From: Octopus sinensis
Lineage: Eukaryota
Direction of reading: 5' to 3'
NCBI RefSeq assembly: GCF_006345805.1
Contig: NW_021833944.1
Span: 1-53,327, forward strand
DNA length: 53,327 nt
Shown: in pieces, positions 52,721-53,327 of the stretch
How positions within the stretch are numbered: position 1 is the stretch's first letter
Layout of the letters: each line of letters begins with the position of its first letter
Notes under the pieces: model-generated
Database searches by the model: none
What the model was told of the DNA's origin: nothing
Seen by the model: the letters and a program-made list of their open reading frames with translations, nothing else
Translations under genes and position numbers: made by a program

Positions 52721-53327
52721 AATATATATCACGTAGATTATTCCAGGAATTAGGCTTAGAAAAAGTAAAAAAAAACGCTTCGCCATGCTAATACGTAGAG
52801 TAATTTCCATCACTAGAAACACGTGGAAGCTAAACGTAGCTGGATCTGATCGCAAAGCACACAGCGCTCCGTGGTGATTGGTCAGTGGAAAAAAAGCACA
52901 AGTGCTATATTACAATACGACTAATGAAATAGTATAAACTACGATTTGCTGCATAGTTTTTCCTTCTGAAATCCAGCGAAATGCCAGCCGAGATTTCAGG
53001 GAATACACATGACAGTTTTATAACTTTATCTTTATGATTTCATCGTAAAATATCTTATCTTCGTATCCACGTCAGTTTTAATCGCTCCCGTTGTAATTCT
53101 ATAACTCTTGGGGGCAACACACAGACATCAGAAACATACACGTACACATACGTACACACATACACACACACACACACCACACACACACACGTACACACAC
53201 ATGTATATGTATATATATAAACAAATAAATAATATCTATATCTATATATATACATACATATATACACGCATACGTATGTATACATACATACATACATACA
53301 TACACTCATCTATATATACTCCCAGAC

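Overview
Eukaryotic, repeat-saturated non-coding DNA. The tRNA-derived SINE families and the very high density of (TA)n, (TAA)n, (TATC)n, (TACA)n and (GAT)n tracts look like a coleoid cephalopod, most likely Octopus; this is pattern recognition, not a database result. No host protein-coding gene can be supported, and nearly all long ORFs in the track are microsatellite or minisatellite read-through. Recognisable content: more than 30 SINE copies of about 3 families; decayed LINEs (Tx1/L1-type, CR1/L2-type, three RTE-type, two R4/Dong-type, Penelope-like); a mariner transposase relic; several MITE-type or Helitron-type elements. Four patterns stand out. (1) Hammerhead-ribozyme (HHR) motifs of several unrelated sequence families, with HHR 3' halves repeatedly sitting at the turn of DNA fold-backs. 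(2) A Tx1-type LINE whose three copies all sit inside (TATC)n tracts. (3) A SINE that forms nested head-to-tail arrays with one fixed junction inside its own tRNA-like head. (4) A ~560-bp non-coding element found twice with identical ends inside (TAA)n tracts. Coordinates were read by eye and the ends of old repeats are approximate.
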